Shown: piece after piece, positions 1 through 8,280 of the stretch
How the letters are laid out: each line of letters opens with the position of its first letter
Position numbering within the stretch: position 1 is the first letter of the stretch
Source: Synechococcus sp. UW140
GTDB lineage: Bacteria > Cyanobacteriota > Cyanobacteriia > PCC-6307 > Cyanobiaceae
DNA length: 24,000 bases
Assembly (NCBI GenBank): GCA_943370565.1
Contig: CALRRL020000006.1
Span: 89,157 to 113,156, forward strand
Direction of reading: 5' to 3'
The notes under the pieces: model-generated
The model's input: only the letters and a program-made list of their open reading frames with translations
Told to the model about the DNA's origin: nothing
The model's database searches: none
Program-made: the position numbers and the translations under genes

Positions 1-57
1 TGGCGCCACCAGGGGGACCGGCGTCGCCGGAGCCTGGGCCAGGAGCAGGGGGATCAC
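1..57 (-). CDS. possible 5' end of an unidentified gene running off the window (GTG start, MIPLLLAQAPATPVPLVAP...)
   Basis: GTGA start/stop overlap with the upstream gene's stop (54-56); hydrophobic, signal-like N-terminus; only 19 codons visible. Confidence 0.25.
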   Translation of the reverse strand, partial: MIPLLLAQAPATPVPLVAP

Positions 58-1247
58 GGATGCACCACCCCAGCGCCAGCGCCAGCACGGGCAGGGCCTG
101 CGCCGGGGGCAGCGGCACTGGGGCTAGGGGCGCCGGGGGCAGGGGGCTTGGCGTCCGCGGCCTTGGCCGCAGCGGCCGGCTCCTTGATCAGCACCCGGGA
201 CACCTCGGCCGCCATCGAGCGGATCAGTTCGGTGGAGCGGGGGTCATTGAACGGACCCTTGACCATGAAGGCCGCCACGGCCCGCTGGCCATTGGGCAGT
301 TCGATCAGGGCGCCATCGGCGTAGGCGATGCCGATATCGCCGGTTTTATTCAGCACGGTGATGCCCTTGGCCCGCAATTCGCTGTCCGGCGGGTAGGTGC
401 TGCTGCCGGTGACACCCCGCAGCACCCCGGCCGGGATCAGGGTGCGGGTCACGGTGCGGCCCATCACCTCGCGGAACAGGTCCCGGGCCCGGGGGCTGAG
501 CCGCTCGCCCGTTTCCACCAGGGCGATCGTGCGGGCCAGGTCGTGGCTGCTGGTGGTGTTGGTGCCGCCCAGGTCAGGCAGCCAGTTGTTGACCTTGGTG
601 GCCGTCAGGCCCAGGGAGCGGAAGCGGGCATCGATGCTGGCCTTGCCCCCCAGCCGTTTGATCAGCAGGTTGGTGGCCGTGTTGTCGCTGACCCGGATCA
701 TCTCGGCCGCCGCCTCGTACACGGGGTAGCGGGTGCCCAGGGGACTGGCGCCCATCCAGCCCGAGCCGGCGCCCACCACCTCCTTGGTGAGGGTGAGGGG
801 TTCGTTCCAGCGCACCAGACCGTGGTCGATGTCCTCCATGGCGGCCAGCAACACCGGCGTCTTGATCGAGCTGGCGGCGGGCATGGGCTCGTTGCTGCGC
901 AGCTGGGCAAAGCGCCCGTCATCGAGCACCAGCACGAACCCCGAGGCCTTGAGGTCCTTGTGGACCGCCGCCAGCCGGGCCCAGGCCTGGCTCAGGCCGG
1001 TGAGCTCGAGATGGGGCTCGAAGCGCCCCAGGGGAAGGCCCTGGGGCAGGGGTTGCAGGGGGGAGGCCGTGGCGGGCAGGGCCCGGGGGGGTTGGATCGC
1101 GCCGCTGGCCAGGCGCGGGGCCAGGAGCTTGAGGGCCGTGCCGGTGATCACGCCGAGGCCGATGCCCATCACCAGCAACCGCAACACCAGTCTCAGGGGC
1201 TGACCCCAGCTGCCGGATCCGGGGCGGGCAGGGCGACTGGAACTCAC
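54..1247 (-). CDS. serine hydrolase, class A beta-lactamase-like
   Basis: Long ORF with SSIKTPVLLAAMEDI (SxxK), SDNTATNLLI (SDN) and NKTGDIG (KTG) motifs. The GTG start at 1247 gives a signal-anchor-like N-terminus; ATG at 1169 is an alternative start. The C-terminus is an Ala/Pro-rich tail. Confidence 0.8.
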   Translation of the reverse strand: MSSSRPARPGSGSWGQPLRLVLRLLVMGIGLGVITGTALKLLAPRLASGAIQPPRALPATASPLQPLPQGLPLGRFEPHLELTGLSQAWARLAAVHKDLKASGFVLVLDDGRFAQLRSNEPMPAASSIKTPVLLAAMEDIDHGLVRWNEPLTLTKEVVGAGSGWMGASPLGTRYPVYEAAAEMIRVSDNTATNLLIKRLGGKASIDARFRSLGLTATKVNNWLPDLGGTNTTSSHDLARTIALVETGERLSPRARDLFREVMGRTVTRTLIPAGVLRGVTGSSTYPPDSELRAKGITVLNKTGDIGIAYADGALIELPNGQRAVAAFMVKGPFNDPRSTELIRSMAAEVSRVLIKEPAAAAKAADAKPPAPGAPSPSAAAPGAGPARAGAGAGVVHP

Positions 1248-1281
1248 GAAATCGCCAAACAAACCATTCGTTGGGCCGACC

Positions 1282-2385
1282 CTAAGGGGTCCTGCGGGTG
1301 CTTGCCCAGCGCAGTTGGCGCACCATGCCGCGCAGCAAGGCCACTTCGCCTTCGCGGATCTGGGCCCGCTGCAGCAGGCCCCGCAGCTTGGCCATGCGGG
1401 CGTGGGCCGTGTGGGGATGGAGAAAGCCCACCGCCAACAGCAGGTCCTCGGCGTCAGCCAGGGTGGCCTCGAGGGCGCCGCGCAGGCTGGTGGCAGCCCC
1501 CTCCTGGCCAGCGGGCGGGGCCCCAGGGGCGATCTGTTGGCAAGCCGTGACAGTTGGGGCGTCGGGGCCGCCATCGCCAGGGCAAGGGAGGGGGGCCCGG
1601 CCCTCGGCCTGGCTCGGGGACTGGGCAGAAGGGAGAGCTGGGAGTTGATGGGGGGGGTGGCCCTGGGCCTGCCCCTGGGAAGGGTCCTGCTGCGGGAACG
1701 GCGGCCCCGCCAGGGAGGGGGGCGCGACGGGCGCCGCTGGGCCAGGCAGGCGGCGCAGGTCATGCAGGCAGATCGCCACCGCATGGGAAAGGTTCAAGGA
1801 GGCGTAATCGGCACTGCTCTCCAGGCGCAGGATCCGGCCCGCCTGCAGCAGTTCGTCGTTGCTCAGGCCCCGATCCTCCCGGCCGAACACGAGGGCCACC
1901 GGGGCGGCTCCGGCCCCGGAGCTCGCCAGGGCGCCCTGGCGGGCCTGCCCCTCCTCGGGCGCGATCAACCAGCGCAGGGCCGACTCGGGTCCCTCCACGG
2001 GCAGCTCCTCCCGCTCAAGCCGGCCGCTGGTGGCCACCACACGGCGACAGTCGGCGATGGCAGCGGCCAGGTCGGGGTAGGTGGCCGCCTGCTCCAGCTG
2101 GGCCTGGCCATGGACCGCCATGCGCCGGGCCTCCTCGCCGAGGGGGTTACAGCGCGGGGCCACCAGGCGCAACTGGCTGATGGCGAAGTTGGCGCAGAGC
2201 CGGGCGACGCTGCCCACATTCAGGGGGCCCGCCGGCTCCACCAGCACCACCACAATGGCCGGGGCGGGCGGCGACGGCCCCGGCGATGCCGGGCCTGCCG
2301 CTACGGACTCTCCGGGGGGACCGGGCCAGGCGGACCCCTCGCCCACGCCGGCGGCAGGACCATCCCTGCGTGGGCCGGTGCTCAT
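1282..2385 (-). CDS. RNA methyltransferase, TrmH/SpoU (SPOUT) family, TrmJ-like
   Basis: Motifs IVVVLVEPAGPLNVGSVARLCANF, ALVFGREDRGLSNDEL and LNLSHAVAI. A Pro/Gln/Gly-rich linker separates the catalytic domain from the C-terminal helical tail. Confidence 0.85.
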   Translation of the reverse strand: MSTGPRRDGPAAGVGEGSAWPGPPGESVAAGPASPGPSPPAPAIVVVLVEPAGPLNVGSVARLCANFAISQLRLVAPRCNPLGEEARRMAVHGQAQLEQAATYPDLAAAIADCRRVVATSGRLEREELPVEGPESALRWLIAPEEGQARQGALASSGAGAAPVALVFGREDRGLSNDELLQAGRILRLESSADYASLNLSHAVAICLHDLRRLPGPAAPVAPPSLAGPPFPQQDPSQGQAQGHPPHQLPALPSAQSPSQAEGRAPLPCPGDGGPDAPTVTACQQIAPGAPPAGQEGAATSLRGALEATLADAEDLLLAVGFLHPHTAHARMAKLRGLLQRAQIREGEVALLRGMVRQLRWASTRRTP

Positions 2386-2915
2386 GAGAGCGTGTGCAGG
2401 TAGGCCAGCAGGTCGGCCATGGCCTGGGGTTCCGGCTGGAAGCGGGGCATGGGCGGCGTCTGGCCGCTCACCACCTGCTGGATCAGTTGGCGGTCGTTCT
2501 TGCGGGCCTTGACGCCATGGAGGTTGGGCCCCACCAGACCCTGGGCACCGATGCCATGGCAGCCGGCGCAGTTGATCAGAAACAGCTGGCCGCCCCGCTC
2601 GGCCGAACCGGCCAGTTGCAGGGTGCTGCGGCTGTAGGGATCGCTGCGGGCCGCGGGCAAGGCCACCAGCAGCAGAAACAGGGCCGTGGCCACCGCCGCC
2701 ACCACCAGCATCGCCGTCACCAGGCTGCGCTGCCGGGGACCGGGCTCCAGGCTGGCGTCAGGGCCGGATGTGGCTGACCTGGCCGAAGACGCTGGCCTGC
2801 CTGAAGACCCAATGGTGACCGGAGACCCTGATGGGGCCGATGATCCTGCTGGAGCCGGCGTGCTGGACGGATCGGGGGCCGGGGATGGGGCCGGGGCGGA
2901 GGGCGGGGCGATCAA
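2382..2915 (-). CDS. cytM: c-type cytochrome, cytochrome cM-like
   Basis: One TM segment, then CAGCH haem motif, GPNLHGV and PPMPRF (axial Met region). The stop overlaps the next gene's start (ATGA). The start may be internal; the N-terminal ~50 aa are low complexity. Confidence 0.75.
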
Positions 2916-2987
2916 GGTTTCTGCCGAGCTGGTAAGCGGCCGCCTGGGCCATGGGAAGATTCTGCAACTTCAAGCCGTCCCCCAGCC

Positions 2988-3101
2988 ATGATCGAACCCC
3001 TGCTCTGCGGCATCGTGCTCGGTCTGATTCCCGTGACCCTGCTCGGCCTGTTCGTGGCTGCCTGGAACCAGTACCGCCGTGGCAGCGCCCTGGGCGGCTG
3101 A
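2988..3101 (+). CDS. petG: cytochrome b6-f complex subunit PetG (37 aa)
   Basis: Read directly: [37 protein letters not shown], a full-length match to the PetG pattern. Absent from the supplied ORF track because of its size. Confidence 0.95.
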
Positions 3102-3275
3102 ACCCAGCGCCTGCGGGCCTGAGGTTGGCTGAGCGACGGTTCGTAGTGAATCAGGGCGCAGGACCGAATCGGGAGCGGCCGCTGGGGTGATCTACAGCGG
3201 CCGACGTCAGCGACTCGGCATCTCCCAGATCGCAAGGTTGGGCTCCAAGTTGTGGGCCCCTGCTTCTGGCTAGAG

Positions 3276-3305
3276 AGCTTCGCGAAGCTTGGAAACCAAG
3301 CTTGG
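3276..3305. repeat. cluster of nested palindromes/hairpin in the petG-rsmD intergenic region
   Basis: AGCTTCGCGAAGCT is a perfect 14-nt palindrome (3276-3289). It overlaps AAGCTTGG-AAA-CCAAGCTT (8-bp stem, 3285-3303) and CCAAGCTTGG (3296-3305). Confidence 0.7.
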
Positions 3306-3576
3306 CGATTCGCATGGCCTATGGGCTAGCTGGGATCTCCCAAGCCAAGCAGCCCAATGGCGACGGGTTCCAGAGCTTGCTTCCGATCCAAACGTGGGGC
3401 AATAGGGACGCTCTGAACCGCTGGTCAGCGATCCAACCGCCCCCAGATAGCAACTGAGACCGCAGGGGTTCAGCCTGACGACTCTAGGGATCTCGCGATC
3501 GTCTTCAGGGCTGTGGCTGGGTTTGTTGGGTGAATGGGCCCTTGGCACGGGAGTGCGGGGGCTGGCGATCCCCGGT

Positions 3577-4149
3577 TCAGGGAGTGGCTTGGCGCAGTTG
3601 CAGCAGGGTGCTGCTGCCGTAGCGCCGTTGGTCCTGCACCTCCCAACCCGCTGGGACCTGGGGAATGCCGCTGCTGGCGCATTCCCACAGCATCAGCCCT
3701 TCGGGCTTCAGCCACCCCCCTGCCGCCACGGCGGCGGCTACCGCTCCGTAGAGGCCGGCGCCGTAAGGCGGATCGGCGTAGATGAGGTCGAAGCCGCAGG
3801 CCTGGGGGGCCTGGGGGCCCCTGGCCAGCCAGCCCAGCACCTCGCGCTGCACCACCAGCGGGGCCGGGCCAGGACCCGCCGCCAGGCCCCTGGCCACGGA
3901 CTCCAGGTTCTGGCGGGCCGTTGCCACCATGCGCCGGTCCTGATCCACCGCCAACACGGGGCTGGCCCCCCGCTGCAGGGCTTCGCAGGCCATCACGCCA
4001 CTGCCGCAGAACAGATCCAGCCAGGCGCTGCCCGCCAGGCGATCCGCCAGCATGTTCATCACCGCCAGGCGCAGGCGGGCCGGCGTGGGCCGGGCCACCT
4101 GGCCAGCCGGACTCTCGAGCTTGCGCCCGCCGCTGAGCCGCAGGCTCAT
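3577..4149 (-). CDS. rsmD: 16S rRNA (guanine(966)-N(2))-methyltransferase RsmD-like
   Basis: MSLRLSGGRKL...PTPARLRLAVMNML, WLDLFCGSGVMACEALQRGA and FDLIYADPPY. The start overlaps the hisH stop (ATGA). Confidence 0.88.
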   Translation of the reverse strand: MSLRLSGGRKLESPAGQVARPTPARLRLAVMNMLADRLAGSAWLDLFCGSGVMACEALQRGASPVLAVDQDRRMVATARQNLESVARGLAAGPGPAPLVVQREVLGWLARGPQAPQACGFDLIYADPPYGAGLYGAVAAAVAAGGWLKPEGLMLWECASSGIPQVPAGWEVQDQRRYGSSTLLQLRQATP

Positions 4150-4841
4150 GGCCGGCTGGCCAGCCAGCGGAGCCAGCGCTGCAGCAGGTGCTGGCCGGCC
4201 AGGCCCGATTTCTCGGGGTGAAACTGGCAGGCCGACAGGGCCCCCTGCCAGACGGCGGCGGTGAGGGCCGTGCCCGCGAAGGCCACCTGGGCGGTGACGC
4301 AACGGGGGTCGCTGGGCACCGCGGCGTAGGAATGGACGAAGTACATCCAGGCATCCGCCCCGGCGGAGGCAGAACTGGAAGGGCTGGCCAGCGCACCAGG
4401 GGAAGCAGGGGCCCCAGCGCCGCTGGCCAGGCCGGGCCAGAGGGGACTGGGTTGGGCCGGGACCAGGGGGGCCCAGCCCATGTGGGGCACGGGGTGGCCC
4501 GGACAAACCGGCAGGGCCCTGACCAGGCCCTGGAGCAGCCCCAGCCCGGGAACCTGGCCCTCCTCACTGCCCTCGAACAACAACTGCAAGCCCAGGCAGA
4601 TGCCCAGCAGGGGCCGGCCCGCCCCACACCATTGCTGAATCGGCTCCACCAGGCCGGCGGCATGCAGCCGCTCCATGGCCGGGTCAAAGGAACCCACCCC
4701 TGGTAACACCAGGGCGTCGCACCGCTGCATGGCAGCCTGATCGCCCACGGCCTGCACCGTCACCCCCAGTCGCTCGAAGGCCCGCTGCACCGAGTGCAGG
4801 TTGCCCATGCCGTAGTCGATCAGGCCGATGGCGTGCGTCAA
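4146..4841 (-). CDS. hisH: imidazole glycerol phosphate synthase subunit HisH
   Basis: IGLIDYGMGNLHSV, LPGVGSF, GICLGLQLLFE (catalytic Cys), PHMGW, YFVHSY and CQFHPEKSG. Confidence 0.95.
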   Translation of the reverse strand: MTHAIGLIDYGMGNLHSVQRAFERLGVTVQAVGDQAAMQRCDALVLPGVGSFDPAMERLHAAGLVEPIQQWCGAGRPLLGICLGLQLLFEGSEEGQVPGLGLLQGLVRALPVCPGHPVPHMGWAPLVPAQPSPLWPGLASGAGAPASPGALASPSSSASAGADAWMYFVHSYAAVPSDPRCVTAQVAFAGTALTAAVWQGALSACQFHPEKSGLAGQHLLQRWLRWLASRP

Positions 4842-5066
4842 AGCTGGCTGGAAATCAGAGCTGGAATTCAGATCGAAAGGGGCCTGCCATGGGGTCTGGG
4901 AGAGCAGGCTCCAGGCTGGCGGCCATCAGGGCGACTCCTCGCATCGAAATGGAGCCCAAGGACTGGATCCAGGTGGCTTGCAAAGCCCCATCTGCTCGAT
5001 CAAAGCCGTTGGCTCCATGCCGAAAAGCCTCTGCCTGAACCAGAATTTTTGTCAAGTTAGCAAATC

Positions 5067-5101
5067 AAAAATGATGCCTAGACTTGTGGTCCAGACATCA
5101 T
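5067..5101 (-). terminator. putative intrinsic terminator downstream of trxA
   Basis: On the minus strand, ATGATG..GGACCACAAGTC..CATCAT forms an imperfect hairpin (two mismatches, 5-nt loop; 5071-5101) followed by TTTTT (5071-5067). Confidence 0.55.
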
Positions 5102-5132
5102 GCATGACAGAGCTAGCGAACAAGACGCCTGA

Positions 5133-5456
5133 TCAGAGGTACTTGCTGATGGTGGACGAGAGGGTGGTTTTGGGCACCGCACCCACAACCGTGTCCACCT
5201 TTTGGCCGTCCTTGAACACCATCAGAGTCGGGATGCTACGAATACCGAACTGGCTGGCGACGTTGGGGTTTTCATCGGTATTGAGCTTGAAAACCTTGAT
5301 CTTGCCGTCAAATTCCTTGGCAATCTCATCAACAATGGGAGCCACCATGCGGCAAGGACCACACCAGGGAGCCCAGAAGTCCACCAGCACAGGCACATCG
5401 CTCTTGAGAACGTCCTGCTCAAAGGAGGCGTCGCTGACGGCGGTAGCACTGGACAT
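5133..5456 (-). CDS. trxA: thioredoxin
   Basis: [46 protein letters not shown]...; WCGPC active site and the cis-Pro region [11 protein letters not shown]. Confidence 0.95.
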   Translation of the reverse strand: MSSATAVSDASFEQDVLKSDVPVLVDFWAPWCGPCRMVAPIVDEIAKEFDGKIKVFKLNTDENPNVASQFGIRSIPTLMVFKDGQKVDTVVGAVPKTTLSSTISKYL

Positions 5457-5562
5457 TCTAGAAGGGGCCACGGTTTTCCGGAATCTAGCAAGCTATTTGG
5501 GCCTTGCCGCAAGCCCCTGGAAAGTCGTTACGGCCCTGGCCTGCTGGCGCCCATACAAAGAC

Positions 5563-5621
5563 AAAAAGCCCGGACGCGCCGGGCCGGGGGGTGTGAGGAG
5601 TGTGCGAGCCGAAGCCCCCAC
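5563..5621 (-). ncRNA. yfr1: Yfr1 small regulatory RNA
   Basis: The minus strand reads GTTGTGGGGGCTTCGGCTCGCACACTCCTCACACCCCCCGGCCCGGCGCGTCCGGGCTTTTT. It has a 5' hairpin with a C(UUCG)G tetraloop, the single-stranded ultraconserved ACTCCTCACAC (5591-5601), and a terminator GCCCGG-loop-CCGGGC (5568-5584) plus T5 (5563-5567). The guaB/trxA location is the known Yfr1 locus. A TAGTCT -10-like box lies at 5628-5633. The 5' end is inferred. Confidence 0.9.
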
Positions 5622-5678
5622 AACTTGAGACTAACGCCCCCCTCGCGGGCCGCTGGGGCCGGCCTGGGCAGCGAGCGG

Positions 5679-6842
5679 TTATTTGCCCATGCCGAGCTGC
5701 TGGGCCTTTTGGTACACCTTGCCTTCGGTGAGCAACGAGGGGGCAACCACCACTTCCACCTGTTGCATTTCCTTCAAGGTGCGGGCGCCCAGGGTGCCCA
5801 TGGACGTGCGGATGCAGCCGAGCAGGTTCTGGGTGCCGTCATCGAGGCTGGCAGGGCCGCGCAGGATTTTGGCCAGGCTGCCGGTGGTGCCCACCTTGAT
5901 GCGGGTGCCGCGGGGCAGCACCGGACTGGGGGTGGCCATCCCCCAGTGGAAGCCGCGGCCGGGGGCTTCAGCGGCCCGGGCAATCGGGGATCCAATCATC
6001 ACGGCATCGGCGCCGCAGGCCAGGCATTTGCAGATGTCACCGCCGGTGACGATGCCGCCATCGGCCACGATCGGCACATAACGGCCGCTTTCCTGGAAAT
6101 AGTCGTCGCGGGCCGCGGCGCAGTCGGCCACGGAGGTGGCCTGGGGAATGCCGATCCCGAGCACACCCCGGGAGGTGCAGGCCGCTCCCGGACCGATGCC
6201 CACCATCACGCCGGCGGCTCCCGCCCGCATCAGATCGAGGGCCACCGCATAGGTGACCGTGTTGCCGATCACCACGGGCACGCCCATGTCCCGGCAGAGG
6301 GCTGCCAGATCGAGGGACTGGCGGCCCTCCGGACCCACGTGCTCGGTGGAGACCACGGTGGCCTGCACAAAGAACAGGTCGGCACCGGCTTCGGCGATCG
6401 CCTTGCCGAAGCGCAGGGCCGCCACCGGCGTGGCACTCACGGCGGCAATGCCGCCCTGGGCCTTGATTTCGGCGATGCGGCTGCGAATCAGGTCCTCACG
6501 CACTGGGGCGCTGTAGAGCTCCTGCATCAGGGGCACGAACTCCTCCTTGCCCACCGAGGCGATCCGATCGAGCACCGGATTGGGATCGTCGTAGCGGCAC
6601 TGAACCCCTTCGAGGTTCAACACCCCCAGGGCCCCCAGCCGGGAGAGTTCCACCGCCATGCCCACATCCACCACCCCATCCATGGCGCTGGCAATGATCG
6701 GGATCTCGCGGCTGATGCCCCCCAGGCTCCAGCTGCTGTCGGTGACGTCGGGATCGACGGTGCGGCCGCCGGGCACCAGGGCAATTTCATCAATGCCATA
6801 GGCACGACGAACGGTGCGGGAGCGGCCGAGCTGAATGTCCAC
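5679..6842 (-). CDS. GuaB3 family IMP dehydrogenase-related protein
   Basis: VDIQLGRSRTVRRAYGIDEIALVPGGRTVDPDVTD, IPIIASAMDGVVDVGMAV, VGIGPGAACTSRGVLGIG and VPIVADGGI. GTG start at 6842. Confidence 0.9.
   Translation of the reverse strand: MDIQLGRSRTVRRAYGIDEIALVPGGRTVDPDVTDSSWSLGGISREIPIIASAMDGVVDVGMAVELSRLGALGVLNLEGVQCRYDDPNPVLDRIASVGKEEFVPLMQELYSAPVREDLIRSRIAEIKAQGGIAAVSATPVAALRFGKAIAEAGADLFFVQATVVSTEHVGPEGRQSLDLAALCRDMGVPVVIGNTVTYAVALDLMRAGAAGVMVGIGPGAACTSRGVLGIGIPQATSVADCAAARDDYFQESGRYVPIVADGGIVTGGDICKCLACGADAVMIGSPIARAAEAPGRGFHWGMATPSPVLPRGTRIKVGTTGSLAKILRGPASLDDGTQNLLGCIRTSMGTLGARTLKEMQQVEVVVAPSLLTEGKVYQKAQQLGMGK
6394..6401. repeat. HIP1 octameric palindrome GCGATCGC; further copies start at 8600, 13273, 13534, 17318, 17711 and 20342
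   Basis: Exact octamer read at seven positions in 24 kb, which is above chance expectation even for G+C-rich DNA. HIP1 is a known cyanobacterial signature. Confidence 0.85.
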
Positions 6843-6926
6843 CGGAAGGCTGATGCAGTCGGGCCAAGCTATCAACCGGGCTTCAGCGCCAGGCTCCAGG
6901 GGCCTGGCCCAGCGCCGCAGGGCGCC

Positions 6927-8039
6927 TCAGCCCTGGCCCCGGAAGGCCGTCCAGCGCTGCTTGAGGCCCGCGATCAGGGCCCGGCGCTCCTGGCTGCGCA
7001 CCAATCGGGTCAGACCAAACCGAACCACGGTGATCAGGCCCACCAGTTCCAACAGGCCGGGGGCCAGGGGGAAGCGGTCGATCACGCCCAGCAGGGCCCC
7101 ATAAATCTGCAGCACCACAACCAGGCCAAGCAGGCCGGCCACCAGGGCCAGGGGGGTGCGGGCGGCTTGCCACTGGGCCTGGAGCTGGCCGCTGGCCAGC
7201 CAGGCCTGCACCTTGCTGAGCAACAGGGCCCATTCGCCGCCCTCCCCGGCTGAGTCGGCCGCGCCAGCATCGTCTTGGGCCAGCAGCTCTGGGCGGCCCG
7301 GCAGGTCGATGGTGGTGGCCACCGTGGGCACCGGCGGAACCGACGTTGGCGCAACGGCCCCTGGCTCGGACGCGGGCAGCGGGGCGGACGGGCTGGCGCT
7401 GGAGCCGGCGGGCCCCGGCTGCAGCGGCGCAGCGGCGGGTTCCGGGCGGGGCTCGGGCGGCCTGACCCCAGCGCCGAAGCCGAGGCTCAGGGCCGGCGCA
7501 GAGCTGGAAAAGCTGGGAATCGGCACCGCAAGGCTCGGGGCCTGGGCCGGCTCGGGGGCGCTGGCTTCGGGGGCAGCATTGCCGGGCTCAGCCGGTTCAG
7601 GAGCTGACGGTTCGGAGGCTGACAGTTCGGAGGCTGACCCTTCAGGGGCTGATGCATCAGTCGCTGACGCTTCAGGCGAGGTGCCATGAACGTCGGCTGC
7701 GGGGTCCGCCTGGGGGACTTCAGCAGGCTCCGCTTGGGTTGTTGCGCTCCCTGGCCCGTTTGGTTCGGTCCCTTCAACGTCTGTTGATTGAGCGTCTGGC
7801 GATTCGTCTTCAGGGGCTTCGCCTTGGCTGGCTTCCCCTTGGCTGGCCTCTGCTCCGGAGGAGTCGCCCTCAGACGCGGCTGGGGCGTCAAGGATTGAGC
7901 TGGCCCCCTCGGCCGGGGCGGCCTGGTCGCCTGGGGGTGGCGTGGGGGGCTCAGCCTCGGCGCCGGGCGATGCCAGGGACGCGCCCGGTTGACCTGGCTG
8001 CTGATCGTCGTCGGTCGGCAGGGCGGACGCGTCGGCCAT
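6927..8039 (-). CDS. CAAD-domain membrane protein with long acidic/Pro/Ala/Ser-rich N-terminal region
   Basis: C-terminus with two predicted TM helices (PLALVAGLLGLVVVLQIYGALLGVIDRFPLAPGLLELVGLITVVRFGLTRLVRSQERRALIAGLKQRWTAF) fits the cyanobacterial CAAD pattern. The N-terminal ~240 aa are low complexity. Confidence 0.7.
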   Translation of the reverse strand: MADASALPTDDDQQPGQPGASLASPGAEAEPPTPPPGDQAAPAEGASSILDAPAASEGDSSGAEASQGEASQGEAPEDESPDAQSTDVEGTEPNGPGSATTQAEPAEVPQADPAADVHGTSPEASATDASAPEGSASELSASEPSAPEPAEPGNAAPEASAPEPAQAPSLAVPIPSFSSSAPALSLGFGAGVRPPEPRPEPAAAPLQPGPAGSSASPSAPLPASEPGAVAPTSVPPVPTVATTIDLPGRPELLAQDDAGAADSAGEGGEWALLLSKVQAWLASGQLQAQWQAARTPLALVAGLLGLVVVLQIYGALLGVIDRFPLAPGLLELVGLITVVRFGLTRLVRSQERRALIAGLKQRWTAFRGQG

Positions 8040-8202
8040 GGATCCGGGGCGAAACGGAGGCAGGCGGGACTGTATCGCCGTTTCCCAGGAGACCACCGGC
8101 CGAATTCCGCTTTGTTGATGGTCCCCTGGCGGGTGCTCCCGCTCACCGGCGCCAGCAACACACAGCCCGCTGGGCCCGACCCGCGCCCCAGCAGCGCCCC
8201 AG

Positions 8203-8224
8203 CCGCGACCGGGCCGCGACCGGG
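8203..8224. repeat. two-copy 11-bp tandem repeat (CCGCGACCGGG)2
   Basis: Read directly as ccgcgaccggg ccgcgaccggg, followed by the partial copy ccgc. Confidence 0.6.
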
Positions 8225-8280
8225 CCGCCTGGCAGGTCCCGGGCCTGGCCAGGGCCGGCTCGGCCACGCCCGCTCCTGGC

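Noticed and set aside
60-1550. 496-aa plus-strand ORF opposite the beta-lactamase-like gene
   Set aside because: High-G+C antisense shadow ORF; the minus strand has clear SxxK/SDN/KTG motifs.
4855-5055. 66-aa minus ORF as a real small protein
   Set aside because: No recognisable family or start signal; kept only as part of the unexplained spacer.
5202-7253. 683-aa plus-strand ORF across trxA, Yfr1, guaB3-like and the CAAD gene
   Set aside because: No domain-like sequence; it spans several well-supported minus-strand genes and a known RNA.
8203-8224. 11-bp tandem repeat as a regulatory array
   Set aside because: Only two copies in a G+C-rich spacer; most likely slippage.
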